From Chiloscyllium plagiosum (Eukaryota), in NCBI RefSeq assembly GCF_004010195.1, contig NC_057755.1, positions 8,399,286 to 8,463,285 of the forward strand: a DNA stretch of 64,000 bases, read 5' to 3'. Shown piece by piece: positions 12,836-25,495 of this stretch (position 1 is its first letter; the number at the start of each line of letters is the position of its first letter). A program made the position numbers and the translations under genes. The notes beneath the pieces were generated by a model. That model was not told the origin of the DNA. It worked only from the letters and a program-made list of their open reading frames with translations, and did not search any database.

Positions 12836-12974
12836 GTAGGTGTGTGAACAAATGAACACGTGTTTATTCCAAAAATGAAAAGAAGATGTTTGCACAAATT
12901 TAATGAAACTAAGGCAAACATCTAAAGTCGGCAATTTTAATTATCTTGAGATTTATACAAATGATTACCTGCTC

Positions 12975-13315
12975 ATCTTTGGACTGTGAGAGGAAACTGG
13001 AGACATGGCAGAATGTACAAACTCCATGATTCCAGCCTCAGCAACTGTCTGCGTAGAGTTTGCACATTCTCCCGGTGTCTGCGTGGGTTCCCATCGGGTG
13101 CTCCAGTTTTGTTCCCCTGTCCAAAGTTGTGCAGGGTAGGTGAATTGGCCACGTTAATTTGTCCGTGGTGTTGATCGATGTGTAGGTTAGTTGAATTAGT
13201 CAACAGAAATGTAGAGTGATATGATCGGGAATGGGTCGACGTAGGGTACTCTGCGGAGAATTCCTGTGCACTGGTTGGGACAAATGGTCTGTTTCCATAC
13301 TGTAGGGATTCTATG
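12975..13315 (+). mobile_element. HE1-like SINE preceded by a short inverted piece
   Basis: GAGTTTGCACATTCTCCCGGTGTCTGCGTGGG core at ~13056; a reverse-strand fragment lies at 12975-13030. Confidence 0.75.
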
Positions 13316-14061
13316 ATAAATGCGTTATACAATGGAACACACGGTATTTACTATTTCGCACAAAACATTTATACAAATCAAGATAAGTTTATTTTTCAAA
13401 ATAAACAGAAGTTACATTAGATGCTGGATCAAATGAACTTAATTCCTAGCAACATGTAAAGGGATATAACAATGCATATTTTCTTTGAGAGTTATCTATC
13501 TCTGTTGGCAAGTTCTGGGAATTTCTCTCAGTGATTCTGTTGGAATCTTTTCAAAATTGTTGACAAGAAGTGAGTTGAATTGTTTTTGTTTTGTGTGGAA
13601 ATTCAACAGCCGAACTGTTAAGGTTCTGACGCTATTAATTGGAGACTTAGGAAATTGGTTCAGCATCTTGGCGCAAAGCTTCGATTGTTGGTGCTTGAGC
13701 ATTTTATCTTCCATATATTTGACCTGTGAACAATGTCATTACATTCAATTCAATGGAAATCGCGGCAGAGTATGTGCAACGCAGAAATATTCCAGTTGAG
13801 ACCATTTTTTTCCCGATCATTCTGCAGCATTCTGTTAAAACCATTTTCTTTTCTGCCTGACTTTCCCCGAAAAAGGACAGCAGCTGCATTACTATGATAT
13901 GGTCATTAATTTGATGTTACAGTTCTTGATCAGGTAGGATCTGTAGACAGGCCTCCTGGCTCCGAGATAGAGTCAATGCGACTGTTCCACAAGTGGAAAA
14001 TGCTTCAGCGCCAGCTGCTCAAATAGATTGAAGGCGTTGACACATGATAACACATGACACA

Positions 14062-14485
14062 TGAGGTCACCCCTCAGCCTCTGACGCTCCAGGGAAAACA
14101 GGCCCAGCCTGTTCAGCCTCTCCCCATAGCTCAAATTCTTCAACCCTGGCAGCATCCTTGTAAATCTTTTCTGAAGCCTTTCAAGTTTCACAACATCTTT
14201 CCGAAAGGAAGGAGACCAGAATTGCACGCAATATTCCAAAATTGCCTAACCAATGTCCTGTACAGCAGCAACATGACCTCCCAAATCCTGTACTCAATAC
14301 TCTGACCAATAAAGGAAAGCATACCAAACGCCTTCTTCACTATTGTATATACCAGCGACTCCACTTTCAAGGAGCTATGAACCTGCACTCCAAGGTCTCT
14401 TTGTTCAGCAACACTCCCCAGGACCTTACCATTAAGTGTATAAGTCCTGCTAAGATTTACTTTCCCAAAATGCAGCACCTCAATT
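14062..14485 (-). mobile_element. CR1-like LINE ORF2 fragment
   Basis: EYCVQFWSP...LERLQKRFTRMLPGL...RLRGDL. Confidence 0.9.
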
Positions 14486-15290
14486 GCATAAACTGGTGGA
14501 TTCTCATGAGCATCCCCCACAACGCATACCAAATCATTAGAACAGAATTTATAAGACTTCCTTCGTAGTATTGTTGCACATAAATCTTTTGATGCCGCAA
14601 TCTACTTCAGTCTTTACTGTCCTTCCTCAGGCAGTTGATTGTGAGACAAACTGAGAAATAAATTGCAATTATTTACGATATGGAACAGCTTCTGAGATCG
14701 ATGATGGGTAACGTTATTACTGTTGCTTCTTTACAAAGTGATTGTTTTTTTTACAGCACTTGTTAAAATAATGTTATTTATCAATGAGAGATATCGCCAC
14801 TGCCCTCTGTAAAGCTATTGAAATTTCCTCATTGTGATTTAAACGGTAGCAATTTGTGAGAGAGTTCCACGTGATCACGTACTCGTGAAGAAGCAGAAAT
14901 AAAGTTGTAATCAGTCTGTTGAGTGAGTTGTTGCAAAATGTGTTGGAGTTGACAGAGATGTCTGAGAACATTTTCCAGGTCTTTAAGCGAAGTCTTCAAT
15001 ATACCTGGTAACTTTCAATTACTACCGTCAGAAGTGGTACAATTTCTAAACATAATTTCACCTGTTTTTATTTAGCAAATCCATGCAAGCAAATTATGGG
15101 AAAAGAAGATGTTGTGAACAGTTAAACGATGAATATTTTACGACAAACTCACTCGGTTGTTTTCAATTGTGCACTACTCTGAATGACCTGGGGCAGTGCA
15201 GGAATAAATTTATCTGTCAGTCTGTTGGTATTGTCACCACTGGGTCATCATTGTTGATGTCCATTTATAACAGCACAGTTGTTGCACGAC

Positions 15291-16005
15291 CTGAGCACTT
15301 CATATTTATGTAGCGCCTCTTCCAGCTGATAGAATCCCTCATTGTCTATGCCACAGCTGTACAGATGCAGCTCCTCAATCTCCTGAACCATCATTAATGC
15401 CTTTGAAGGGGCCATGCAGTCAGAGGTTTTAAGAGGTCACCTTGTGAATCATATTATCTTCGTTCGAGTTGAGGCATCTTGCAACAATGTTGTGCATCCA
15501 AATTCATGAACTCATACAATATCTCAAGGAACCTTCTTTTTTAATTGTCTCTCATTTTACAAATTTTGCACGCAATTATTGAGTTTTTCTTTCAGCCAGT
15601 CCGATATGTTTGAGGCTGTTTCAGAGTGTAGCACCTCCCACCCCCCGCCCCACCAAGTAAAACGCAATCTGTTTCTTTGATTTTGGTGATGAAAGGCTAA
15701 TGAGAAAATGTGACACAAACTTAAATCTGTCATAATTATAATTGTACCAATCAGTTACGATTTCCTTTACTTGATGAACTGGTGTGTTTGGACATTTTAA
15801 TTGTGCAGCGACAATATCCTTCAAAATGGAGTGAGTGACCATGGAGCCAAAACCATTGTCTCAAATTTCCTTCATAAATGCAGAGATCCAATTGTAAATA
15901 GGGAGCTTTGTGATGTTTGAATTGAGCTCTTTTTAAACACAATAGTTTTGGTGCATATTTCCTGATAGGCCAGAAAGTGTACCGTGAGCAATGACGTCTC
16001 CACAC
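15291..16005 (-). pseudogene. NLR (NACHT-LRR, NLRC3/NLR-C-like) pseudogene: WH-HD2 to first LRR
   Basis: VTHSILKDIVAA (winged-helix FxHxxxQEFxAA-like), DRFKFVSHFLISLSS (HD2), and SDCMAPSKALMMVQEIEELHLYSCGIDNEGFYQLEEALHKYEVLR ending at a GT donor (15290). Clear nucleotide paralogy with 59270-59720. Frameshifts and stops; the 5' part is cut by a CR1. Confidence 0.8.
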
Positions 16006-16009
16006 ATTT

Positions 16010-17175
16010 ATTGATAGCTAACATGGCTTTGGGCATAGGAAATCACGTCTCATTGATTTGCTTGAGTTTTTTGAAGAAGAAATGAAATGAATCGATGGGG
16101 GCAGAGTGGTGGACGTATTATATATGGATTTCAGTAAGGTGTTTGACAATGTTCGCCATGGTAGACTTGTTCGCAAATTTAGATCACATGGAAATCAGAG
16201 AGAGCTAGCCATTTGGATACAGAACTCACTCGAAGTTAGAAGACAGAGAGTGGTGGTGGACGGTTCCTTTTCAGGCTGAAGGCCTGTGACCAGTGGTGTA
16301 CCACAAGGACCAGAGCTTGGTACACTGCTTTCTGTCATGTACATTAATGATTTGGATGTGAACATAGAAGATATAGTTAGTAAGATTGCAGATGACACTA
16401 AAATGGGGGTGTAGTCGACAGCAAAAAGGGTTACATCAGAGTACAACGAAATCTCGACCAGATAAACAAATGGGCGGATCAGTGGCAGATGGAGTTTATT
16501 TTAGATAAATGTAAGATGTTGCATTTTGAAATTGAACATCTGGACAGAACGTATGCACTTAATATGCGTTTGATTTGCTTGATTTTTATTGGCGCATTGA
16601 GCTTGGGAGTTGGGACGTCATTTTGCCAAAGTATATGACATTGGTCAGGCATTTTGGAATACAGAGTGCAGTTCTGGTCTCCCTGTTATGTGAAACATTT
16701 TGTGAAACTTGAAAAGTTTCAGAAACGATTTATAAGGGTATTGTCATGTTTGGAGGGTTGTATGGAAACCCTATATTGGCTGGGGCTGTTTTCCCTGGAA
16801 TGTCGAAGTCTGAGAGCTGACCTTATAAAATATTATGTAATCATGTGGGGCTAGGATAGAATAAATAGACAAGGTCTTTGCTGAACTTCGAACAGAAAAC
16901 TCCAAAACCAGAGGATATAGGGTTGAAGTGAGAGGGGAAAGATTTCAAATGGCCCTAGGAGAATGTTTATGTCACACAGATGGTGATGTTCGTAAGGAAT
17001 GCCAGAGGGAGTGGAGGCTGGTACAATTACAAAATTTAAAATGCATCTAGGTGGATATGAATAGGAAGGGCTTAGAGGAATATGGGCCAAGTGCTGGAAA
17101 ATGGGATTAGATTAATTTGGGCCATCTGGTCAGCGTGGGCAAGTTGGATCGAATGATCTATTTCCATGCTGTATA
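16010..17175 (+). mobile_element. CR1-like LINE RT to 3' end
   Basis: YMDFSKVFD, SGVPQG, ADDTK and EYRVQFWSP motifs; CR1 tail. Confidence 0.9.
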
Positions 17176-17649
17176 TCCAGTCTCTCCTTGTATCTAAATC
17201 ATTCATTTCTGGTTTCATTCTAGTCAATCTCCTTTGAGCTGTTTCCATGGCTTTTTCTGTCATTAATTCACTAAAAGGATGAGTTTGTAACTGGCTAGGC
17301 ACTATTTATTGCTCACCCTTAATTGCCCAGGGAGCAGTTCAGGAGTGAATCACATCGTTGTGATTCTGATATCATATGTAGGCCAGATCAGTTAAGCATG
17401 GCAGTTTCCTTGCCTTAAAGTACGACTGAACCAACGGCCTTTTTCCTGATAATTGACAATGATCGTCATTGGATTTTTAAAAAATAATAAATTCGACCAT
17501 TTGCCCTGGAAGGTTTCAATCTAAGGCCTCCAGAACATGATTTGGACCTCTGGAGGAACAAGTCAGCAATATTAACAGATGGTCAGCCAACATCCTTCCT
17601 TAAGTAAAGTGTCCAGAACTGAGCACTAGTCTTCAAACAAGGTCTGATG

Positions 17650-17842
17650 AATGATTAATTGGGTCATCGACCGACTGCATTCCCACCTACCTTCCCCCAG
17701 CCCCACCTCCTTCCATTTATCTCTCTGCCTCCTTGAGCCACCCCCTTTCCTGATGAAAAGCTTTTACTCGAAATGTCGACTGTCCTGATCTCGGATGCTG
17801 TCTGACTGGTTGTGCTTTTCCAGCACCACACTTTTCGACTTC
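17650..17842 (+). mobile_element. Penelope 3' terminal fragment
   Basis: Aligns to 35690-35860; CTGATGA...CGAAATGTC motif. Confidence 0.7.
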
Positions 17843-18299
17843 CATTTTTGGAAACCCATCTTGTTCACTCATTCCTCTTCCTCAGTAACGACAGTACGTT
17901 CTTCTCACTTGGTTCTACATATGACTCCTTATCCTGAACAATTGGGAATGGGGAATCAGTGCTGACCTCAGCAGCAATGCAAACATTGTGTGTGAAAATT
18001 TTCACACTTTAATCAGTGAGTGAAATATTCTTCTTTAAAGAGGTCAGCCCAAACCGACAATACAGAAGGGCAGTTTTATAACATATTTTCATACTTGGAT
18101 TAAACTATCTTGATACAGCATACGTTGAAATAATTTCAGATCTGAGTATGGGGCTCAGAGTACTTGGGAATACAGTTGTTATTGCTGGTACATTCGAAAT
18201 TCTGGTTCTGTTATTTCATTCTACTATTTAAGCAGAAACTATTCTTCATAATTGGAATTAAATTTGTTACTGTAGTGTTTTTTTTCTGCAATTTGAAAA

Positions 18300-18452
18300 T
18301 CACAATAATGATGAGCAATGATGCAACCTCGATCTCCCCAAGGAGCTTCCACACAGTATAAGGCAGCGTCTCTGGGAATACATCAGGTCAGAGTTTCAAA
18401 CAAGGAGCTTGTCAGCTGCCTGAAGGGACAGATCACCTGGCACGGAAAAAAA
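18300..18452 (+). promoter_or_regulatory. Putative proximal promoter/5' UTR of the intact GPCR
   Basis: Homologous in the four copies that retain exon 1. TAATGA at 18306, CTCCCCAAGGAG at 18334-18345, TATAAG at 18357. Confidence 0.35.
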
Positions 18453-18519
18453 ATGTTTCAAGCAATTCAACAAGTGAAGAAAGTATTCTACACCATTCTT
18501 GCAATCATTGGAGTTCCTG
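18453..18519 (+). CDS. GPR139/GPR142-like GPCR (copy B), coding exon 1
   Basis: ATG...MFQAIQQVKKVFYTILAIIGVP plus G|GTATG. It is 67 nt with a phase-1 donor that joins exon 2 in frame, completing TM1 (GVPVN). Confidence 0.88.
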
Positions 18520-19067
18520 GTATGGCAATAAGACAATTTATTTTTACTTAATCTGCTACCGATCTGCTCTCTGGTTTTATCTTTTGAACAATAGCATCCC
18601 GGCTCTCTCACTGTTTAGCGTTATTCACATACCAGAAAAGTGACAGCAATTCACAGCGCAGCATCCTTGGTAGAATTCTGCACTGAAAGAGACTCCCAAC
18701 TGCATTGCAGTTGCAGCATTTTCTTCTCTCAGTGTTCTGTCATCTATTAAGGTTTCATAAAGGTAAAATATATGTGGATCATTCAACAAGTTAGTTCTGA
18801 ACGAGGATGACTGGATTTGAAAAGTAGACTCTGTTTTCTGTCATAGTGCCAGTCCTGCACAGCAATATCTGATTTTACTGTACAAATGAAGCTTGTTTGC
18901 TCAAGAATTGTATTGGTTAAGTGATAATATGAGTGAAGTCTTGCAAGACATTAAAAAGAAAAATAAAACAAGAGAATATAAATTATATCGATTAGTTAGA
19001 GATACTAGAATTAGGGAACATTGTCTAAGAATTAAGGCCAAAGCAATCACGACAGGTGTTAGCAAAC

Positions 19068-19322
19068 ACTTCTGCACAGAAATTGCGGGAGAGTTTTGGA
19101 ACATTCTTCCACAAACGGCAGTAGATACTTGATCAGTTATTCAGTTTAATAAGATAACATTGTTCTTCTTTGTTAAGCAAAGGGATTGAAGATATTTACT
19201 TCTGCACAGAAATGGTGGGAGAGCTTTCGAACTTTCTTCCACACACGGCAGTAGATACTGGATCAGTTGTTCAGATTAATAGGATAGCATTGTTTTCCTT
19301 TGTTAAGCAAAGGAATTGAAAC
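19068..19322 (+). repeat. Tandem duplication, 130 bp period, in an intronic CR1 tail
   Basis: ACTTCTGCACAGAAAT at 19068 and 19198; both units end TTTGTTAAGCAAAGG-ATTGAA. Confidence 0.9.
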
Positions 19323-20087
19323 TTTGAATTGTAAATCTTCACCTAACTGGCATTCCTGCGTGCAATTCCTCATCATCATCTGTGGTCAGGAAATTCAAAT
19401 ATTGACAGATTGTTCACCTGATCGGCGATGATTGTCATGTGCAGATGTGTACATTCAGAGTGTAAATATTAGAGCAGCCCTGACACTCATACGTTCTCAA
19501 TAAGGGAGTTATGCATGCTCTGTTATTCGGTATTTGTGTAAGACACGTGGAGTAGAATTGTTTGAAACCTTGTGTAGGTTATGAAAACCTGTATCCTCGT
19601 CTTCTCATGGCTCTGATCAGGATTTGGTCCAATGCTAAGACAAGGGGAAGATCTGCTGCAAGAAGAAGGGGAGCGTATGGTTTGTTAACAGTTCAATCAC
19701 TAGTTCTCTGACTGTTTGGGGGTCAGGTTTCTAATAGGTTTCTGCACCTGCCAGAGTTGCAATTGAGAACTTTAAGAATTTATGACACTCATTCAAATAG
19801 TTGCCTTCTAAACCAAACAAAATGTCTCACTTCCTTCTGCTCCCCAAGGGGAAGGGTGTGGCGTGCGCTCATTCACTGCCAAACTCCATAATCTCTGAAT
19901 TAATTGCGCTGGAGGACAGTCTGAGGTGGGTGTGAAAGTGTTAAATCTCAAATACACTTCCATCAACCACCTCCAATCATGCAGTGTTATGTTTTGGGTA
20001 TTAAATACTTATTGCCGCTCTATCTACTAACCTGGGAGCATTTCAGATCAGTAATTCACTGGTTCTTTTCCCATTTGTCTTCCACAG

Positions 20088-20989
20088 TTAATTTGCTGGC
20101 AATTACTTTCCTTTCCCAAGGAAAGTGTGGTGTTTCCCCTTGCACTACTCGCTACCTGGTCGTTATGGCAGTTGCTGATCTGTTGGTCATTTTCACCGAT
20201 GTTATACTGAGGAGGTTTCGCACTTATTATTACCCGCGGTCTTTCCTGGCCATCACATCTGTGTGTAGTGCCACTGGAGTCCTGTTTCGTGTAGCTAGGG
20301 ACTGCTCTGTCTGGTTTACCATCACTTTCTCCTTCGACCGATTTGTGAACATTTGCTGCCAGAAGCTGAAAAGAAAATATTGCACTGAGAAAAATGCGAC
20401 TGTGGTTCTAGCAACAACCTGCACCCTGTTCTGTTTAAAAAACATCCCCTTCTATTTTCAGTATGAGCCTTTGGTGATAATCAACTATGTATCTTTTTAC
20501 TGTAAAACGAAGTCAAGTTACATGACTGAGACTTGGTGGGTGGCTTTAGATTGGCTTGATACAATTTTGACCCCCTTATTGCCATTCACTTTAATTTTGT
20601 TGGTCAATGCTCTGACAGTCAGATACATTATAGTGACCAGTCGAGTCCGGAAGAGACTGAAGTGTGAGAGCAAAGGAGACAATCGCCGAGACCTAGAGAT
20701 GGAGAGCAGAAGAAAGTCAGTGATATTGCTCTTCACTATATCTGGGAGCTTCATCCTTTTGTGGTCAATTGTTGTTGCAAATTTCTTACATTATGTTATT
20801 CGAGCAGCCCATCCTGACAATTACTCGGCATTCCTTTATCACATCAAGACAGTTGGTTATATGTTGCAGAGATTAAATTGTTGCACAAACACATTTATTT
20901 ATGTAGCAACATTGCCTAGGTTCAGAGCGAAGATCACTACTACAGTAAAATCTCTGTTTACGCAAATTCATTACACTAAGACTAAATAA
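20088..20989 (+). CDS. GPR139/GPR142-like class A GPCR (copy B), coding exon 2; spliced product 322 aa
   Basis: Pyrimidine tract plus CCACAG|TTAAT acceptor. Open frame with TM2 AVADLLV, TM3 SVWFTITFSFDRF, Cys in TSVCS and FYCK, TM5 PLLPF, TM6 FILLW and TM7 NCCTNTFIY. Confidence 0.93.
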
Positions 20990-21049
20990 TATTCCTCAGT
21001 GAAGATCAAAGAAGGACCTTATTGTTTTAGAGCTTTTTTTTTTTGCATT

Positions 21050-21555
21050 TTAGTCGCTTGATGTTGGCATCTCTGCCTCAGTCAGCATTTATTTCCCGTC
21101 CCAGTTGGCCCGTCAGAGGCGGTAATGCACTGCCTTCTTGGACCAATTAGTCCATGTGCTGTAGTTATATCCAAAAACTCGTTAAGGATGGAAATCCACA
21201 ATTTTGACCCTTTGACAGTGAAGGAACGATATTATGTTTACAAGTCAGGATGGTGAATAGCTTGTCGGGGAACTGGCAGGAATCGTGTTTCCATGTATCT
21301 GCTGCCCTTGCCCTTCAGGGTGGAAGTGGTCGTGGCTTTGGAAGGTGCTCTCTGTGGATCCTTGGTGACTTTCTACAGTGCATCTTGCAGATTGAACACA
21401 CTGCTCCTTCTTAGTGTCTGTGGTGGAGGGAGGATCTGTTTGTCGATGTAGTGTAAATGAAACGGGCTGCTTCATTCTGGATGGTGTCAAGCTTCTTGAG
21501 TGTTGTTGGACCTGCATCACTCCAGGCAAGTAGAGAGTATTTCATCGCAATCCTA
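21050..21555 (-). mobile_element. LINE 3' end (L2/Crack-like)
   Basis: Reverse-complement homolog of 7038-7495, in the equivalent position downstream of the GPCR. Confidence 0.75.
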
Positions 21556-22614
21556 AAGAAGAGTCCTTATCCCAATAGAGAGTTGATCTGGAAGCCTGTG
21601 GATTTCCCATCTTAGCACAATCCAAAGTTATCGTCTGGGGAAATGGCATCTCCTTGCAAATAATTGCTACTAGCTTCAAACCTTCTGTAAGTCTCCATCA
21701 CAATCAAATCCTTCGAAGGGTTCTGATGAAAATAAATAGAATAGTCAATCAGAAAATGTTCCACTATTAAATACGTGGTCTCAATGCCCAGTAACATTTC
21801 AACAGACCCCAGAATATCACAAAAAAAGAGCTGTTTCAATGTGAGAAATTGTGGTGGTTCATTACATGAATTGCGAGAACTCACTCACCAAAAAAAAAAT
21901 CACAACAAATGCGTGGGCTCACTAATCTTCAAAATGAAGGTGCCCAATTCCAATGAGCTGATACTCCAATGCTGTCAAATCAGAAATTTCCTGTCAAGCT
22001 GTACTCAGTCAGAATAATGCTTCCACCTGCCTTATGTTGAAAGAGATACAATGCCAACTTTTACAGCCACCGTACAACACTGCCTACAGTGTGATGGAGA
22101 ATGAGAACCTTCAAGCATTCAATTAGCAATGGAGACATTGCCTGAAACGGACTGGCCTGAGACAGCACCATGGAAATCCATGGCAATTTAACATCGAGAC
22201 AGACGTCACTTTCAAATACTTATACAGATCTCTCTTGAAATCTCCAGTAGAATCAATCTCAACCACACTCCTGGGCAGTGCATTCCACATTCTAACAAAC
22301 GTCTTAGTAAACTCTCTTTTTAGCCTCACTTGCCGCTCTCTTGCAGATAATGCTGATATTTATCATGATGGACAGTGAAAATAAGAATGAGGTCAATTGA
22401 GTATGTGGATGGACAGTGTCAGTAAGAGTGAGGTCAGTGATGTCTCCATTGTTGGAAGCCTATCTTGTTCACTGAGTACCATTCCCTCAGGAATGGCGGT
22501 TTATTTCAGGTAAATTTCTGGTCACACGAAATTCTTGCATTATCAAAAAGAAAACTCCACAATGAAGTGCACAGGCATGCTGTGCTCTGTTATTTCCAGA
22601 ACAAATATTCTTTA

Positions 22615-23105
22615 TTTTTCTTCACTCTTGGGATGTGACATCACTGGCTGGGTTAGCATTTATTACCTGTCCCTTGTTGCCCCTTGAGAAGGTAGTGGTG
22701 AGCAGCCTTCATGAACAACTGTAGTCCTTGTCCTGTAGGTAGACCCACAATGTTGAGTGTAGGGCATTACAGAAGTTTGACCCAGCGTGTGAAAGCACGG
22801 TGACATACTTCCATGTCAGGATGGTGCGCGCTTTAGAGGGGAAGTTACTGTTCTGTTGCTCTTTACCCTATAAATGGAAGTGATGGCCTGAGTTTGCAAG
22901 TTGCTGGATGAAGGATCTTAGGTGAATTTCTACGGTGCAAGCTATGCATAGTGCACACTGCTGTTACTGAGTGTCAATGGTGGCGTGGATAAATAGATAT
23001 GGATGTGGTGCCAATCACGTGACCTGCTTTGTCCTGGATGTTGTCGAATTCTTGCGGGTTGTTGGAGCTTTTCTCCTCCAGACAAGTGGGGAGTATTCTA
23101 TCAAA
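22615..23105 (-). mobile_element. LINE 3' end (L2/Crack-like)
   Basis: Colinear with 21050-21555. Confidence 0.7.
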
Positions 23106-23769
23106 TCCTGTCAGTCTTTATCACATTATGCCGTGTTGAGTTGGCGTCCTGCAGATTCCCTATTGGAGAACAATCCAAAGGAATGCTCGGTTGAATTGTT
23201 TTTTAATCCTTGGTAATCCCTATCAGTTTGGAACTGTCTGTACGTCTCCATTAAATACATAGTCTCAGTTCTTAGTAATAATTCAACAGACCACAAATGT
23301 CGCAAACAGCCAACTACTGAACTGCTTCGATGTGAGAAATTATAACAGGTGATTTCGTGACATTACCAGAACACATCCACCGAATATTTATATTTGTGGC
23401 AATATTGTCCTGGTTCACAACGAAAATCAGTAATGCAGGAAACTGTCCAGTTCCACAAATTCGTTGGTTGATGTAAAAATAAGACTTCAGCATGATAACA
23501 AATGTTGGCTCCTTAGATTTCAACAACAAGCTTACAAATCCGAGGGGCTACAACTTGAAACCCTCCCCAAATATAAATTTCCTGTTGTGGGGCCCAGAGT
23601 CCAAATTGAGCAAGCAAGCTCCCTTACGTTGAGAGTCATACAATGTTACCCTCTTCTGGCTTCCCATCGCCGTTGCAATTAGGTGATGTAGGGTGAAAAG
23701 CCTAAGGTTTCAGTATGGGAGAAAGAGATGGAGGGCAGCAACTCACAGCACCATATGAACGGACAGCAC

Positions 23770-23960
23770 CAACAACACAGAGTCAGACATGTACACAATC
23801 TCTCTCACACACACACATACACACATGCACACACGCACAGACACACAAACACACACACACACTCAGACATACACAGACACACACTCTTTCGCATTCACAC
23901 ACACATCTGCACACACACACACAAATACTTGTACACACACACATATGCACACATGAAAAC
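23770..23960. repeat. Imperfect (CA)n microsatellite
   Basis: Direct reading. Confidence 0.9.
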
Positions 23961-24879
23961 AGATGCTCTCTCTATGATCCCTCAGCGTCCTCCACTCCAC
24001 ATTGGGGAAGTAGTGGTGGTGGCATTGTCGGTGGACGTTTAGCTCAGAAGCTAAATGAATACTTCCAGACCCAGGTTCGAATCCTACTATAGCAGCCAGT
24101 GGAATCTGAATCCATCCAATGTAAACCTGGAATTAAGAATCTAATCATAGTCATGATTCCCTTGTTTAGATTGAGAAAACCCATCTTGTTCACTGATGCC
24201 CTTCAGGGGAAACCGTCTGACCTGAAGGAGCACTGCACGTTTGGAGGGCCGATGAGGGATTGCTGCATGGTCAGTGGATAGGCTTAGAGGGAGTTTTGCA
24301 GTGTCGTCAGATTAGTCAAGAGGGGACATATAGCGGCTGCTGGATTAGCACTGTTGGAGGGTCAGTACTGAGGGAGTGATGCACTATCAGAGATGATGTT
24401 TATCAAATTAAGCATTAAACTGTTTTAACCACCACTTCCCCTTCCCTCCCAGCCAAGCATGTAAAATGACATATGGTTCTGTGGAATGGTGAACGGATCC
24501 AAACAAAACTGACCTTGATTTCTATTCACAAATGCTGCCATACCTGCTGAGATTTTCCAGCAAATTCTGTTTTTGCTTCCAGGAACAGAGTCAGGGTTAT
24601 GAGCGTCAGATTGTAGAAGCTGTGGGGTGGGGTGGGGTGGAGTGGAGCGGAACAATGGAGGACAAAGAGCCTGAAACAGACTCGAGAAATCACCCACATC
24701 ATTCAAAGACAGTCATCAGGCTACTTTGCGTCCAGTAGTGTGAAATGTTTGAGTTTTAATCAATGATCATACTCTAGCAGACAGTGACCCTAATATGGTA
24801 CAATGTATTATTCATTTTCAAGGCTGGATATACGTTTTTGAAACAACTACGTTAAAAATTCTGTCGCACCCCCCCCCCT

Positions 24880-25495
24880 TCTCTGACTGTCTCCCTCCCT
24901 TGCACTCTCTCTCGCTCTCTCTCTTTCATACTCTCTCTCTCGCTCTCTCTCTCTCGCTCTCTCTCTCTCGCTCTCTCTCTCTCGCTCTCTTCTCTTCCTC
25001 CTCCACTTTTCTTTACCCATTTCCCTTTTTTCTCTCACCATTTCTATAACTCCCTTTCGTCCTCTCTCTTTCTCTCATTCCTACTCTCTTTCGCTCACCC
25101 TTTTTAATCAGCCGTTTTCTCTTTAGTCTTTTTCTCTCTTTCACATGCATCTCTCACTTCCCACTATTTTCCTCAATCACCTCTTTTCTCTCTCTATGCG
25201 TTCACCTATTCTCTCTCTCCCACTTCCTCTCTTTCCCTCATGCTTTCACTCTCTAGCCCTTTCTCCTACTATTTCGCTCACACTCTCGTTCTTGCCTTTT
25301 CTCTCTCCGTCGCCATCTCTCTCTCTCTCTCTGTCTCATTTGAGCTCTCACATTTTCTGTCACTTGCTTTTTCACTCTCGTGCTCGGCTTTCTTCCCTGT
25401 GTAGTGTATCTGGGTGTATATGTCTGTGTATGTGTGCCTCCAACTGTGTATGTTTAGGAGTACATATCTGCGTGTGTATTTCTGTGTGTCTTGAT
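24880..25495. repeat. CT-rich polypyrimidine tract followed by imperfect (TG)n
   Basis: Direct reading. Confidence 0.9.

Noticed and set aside
19979..20087. ORF-track start MQCYVLG... as the GPCR N-terminus
   Set aside because: It is intronic: there is a strong acceptor at 20087 and an in-phase exon 1 conserved in paralogs.
24000..24110. GGTTCGAATCC as a tRNA gene
   Set aside because: Isolated B-box in a SINE-like head; no cloverleaf.
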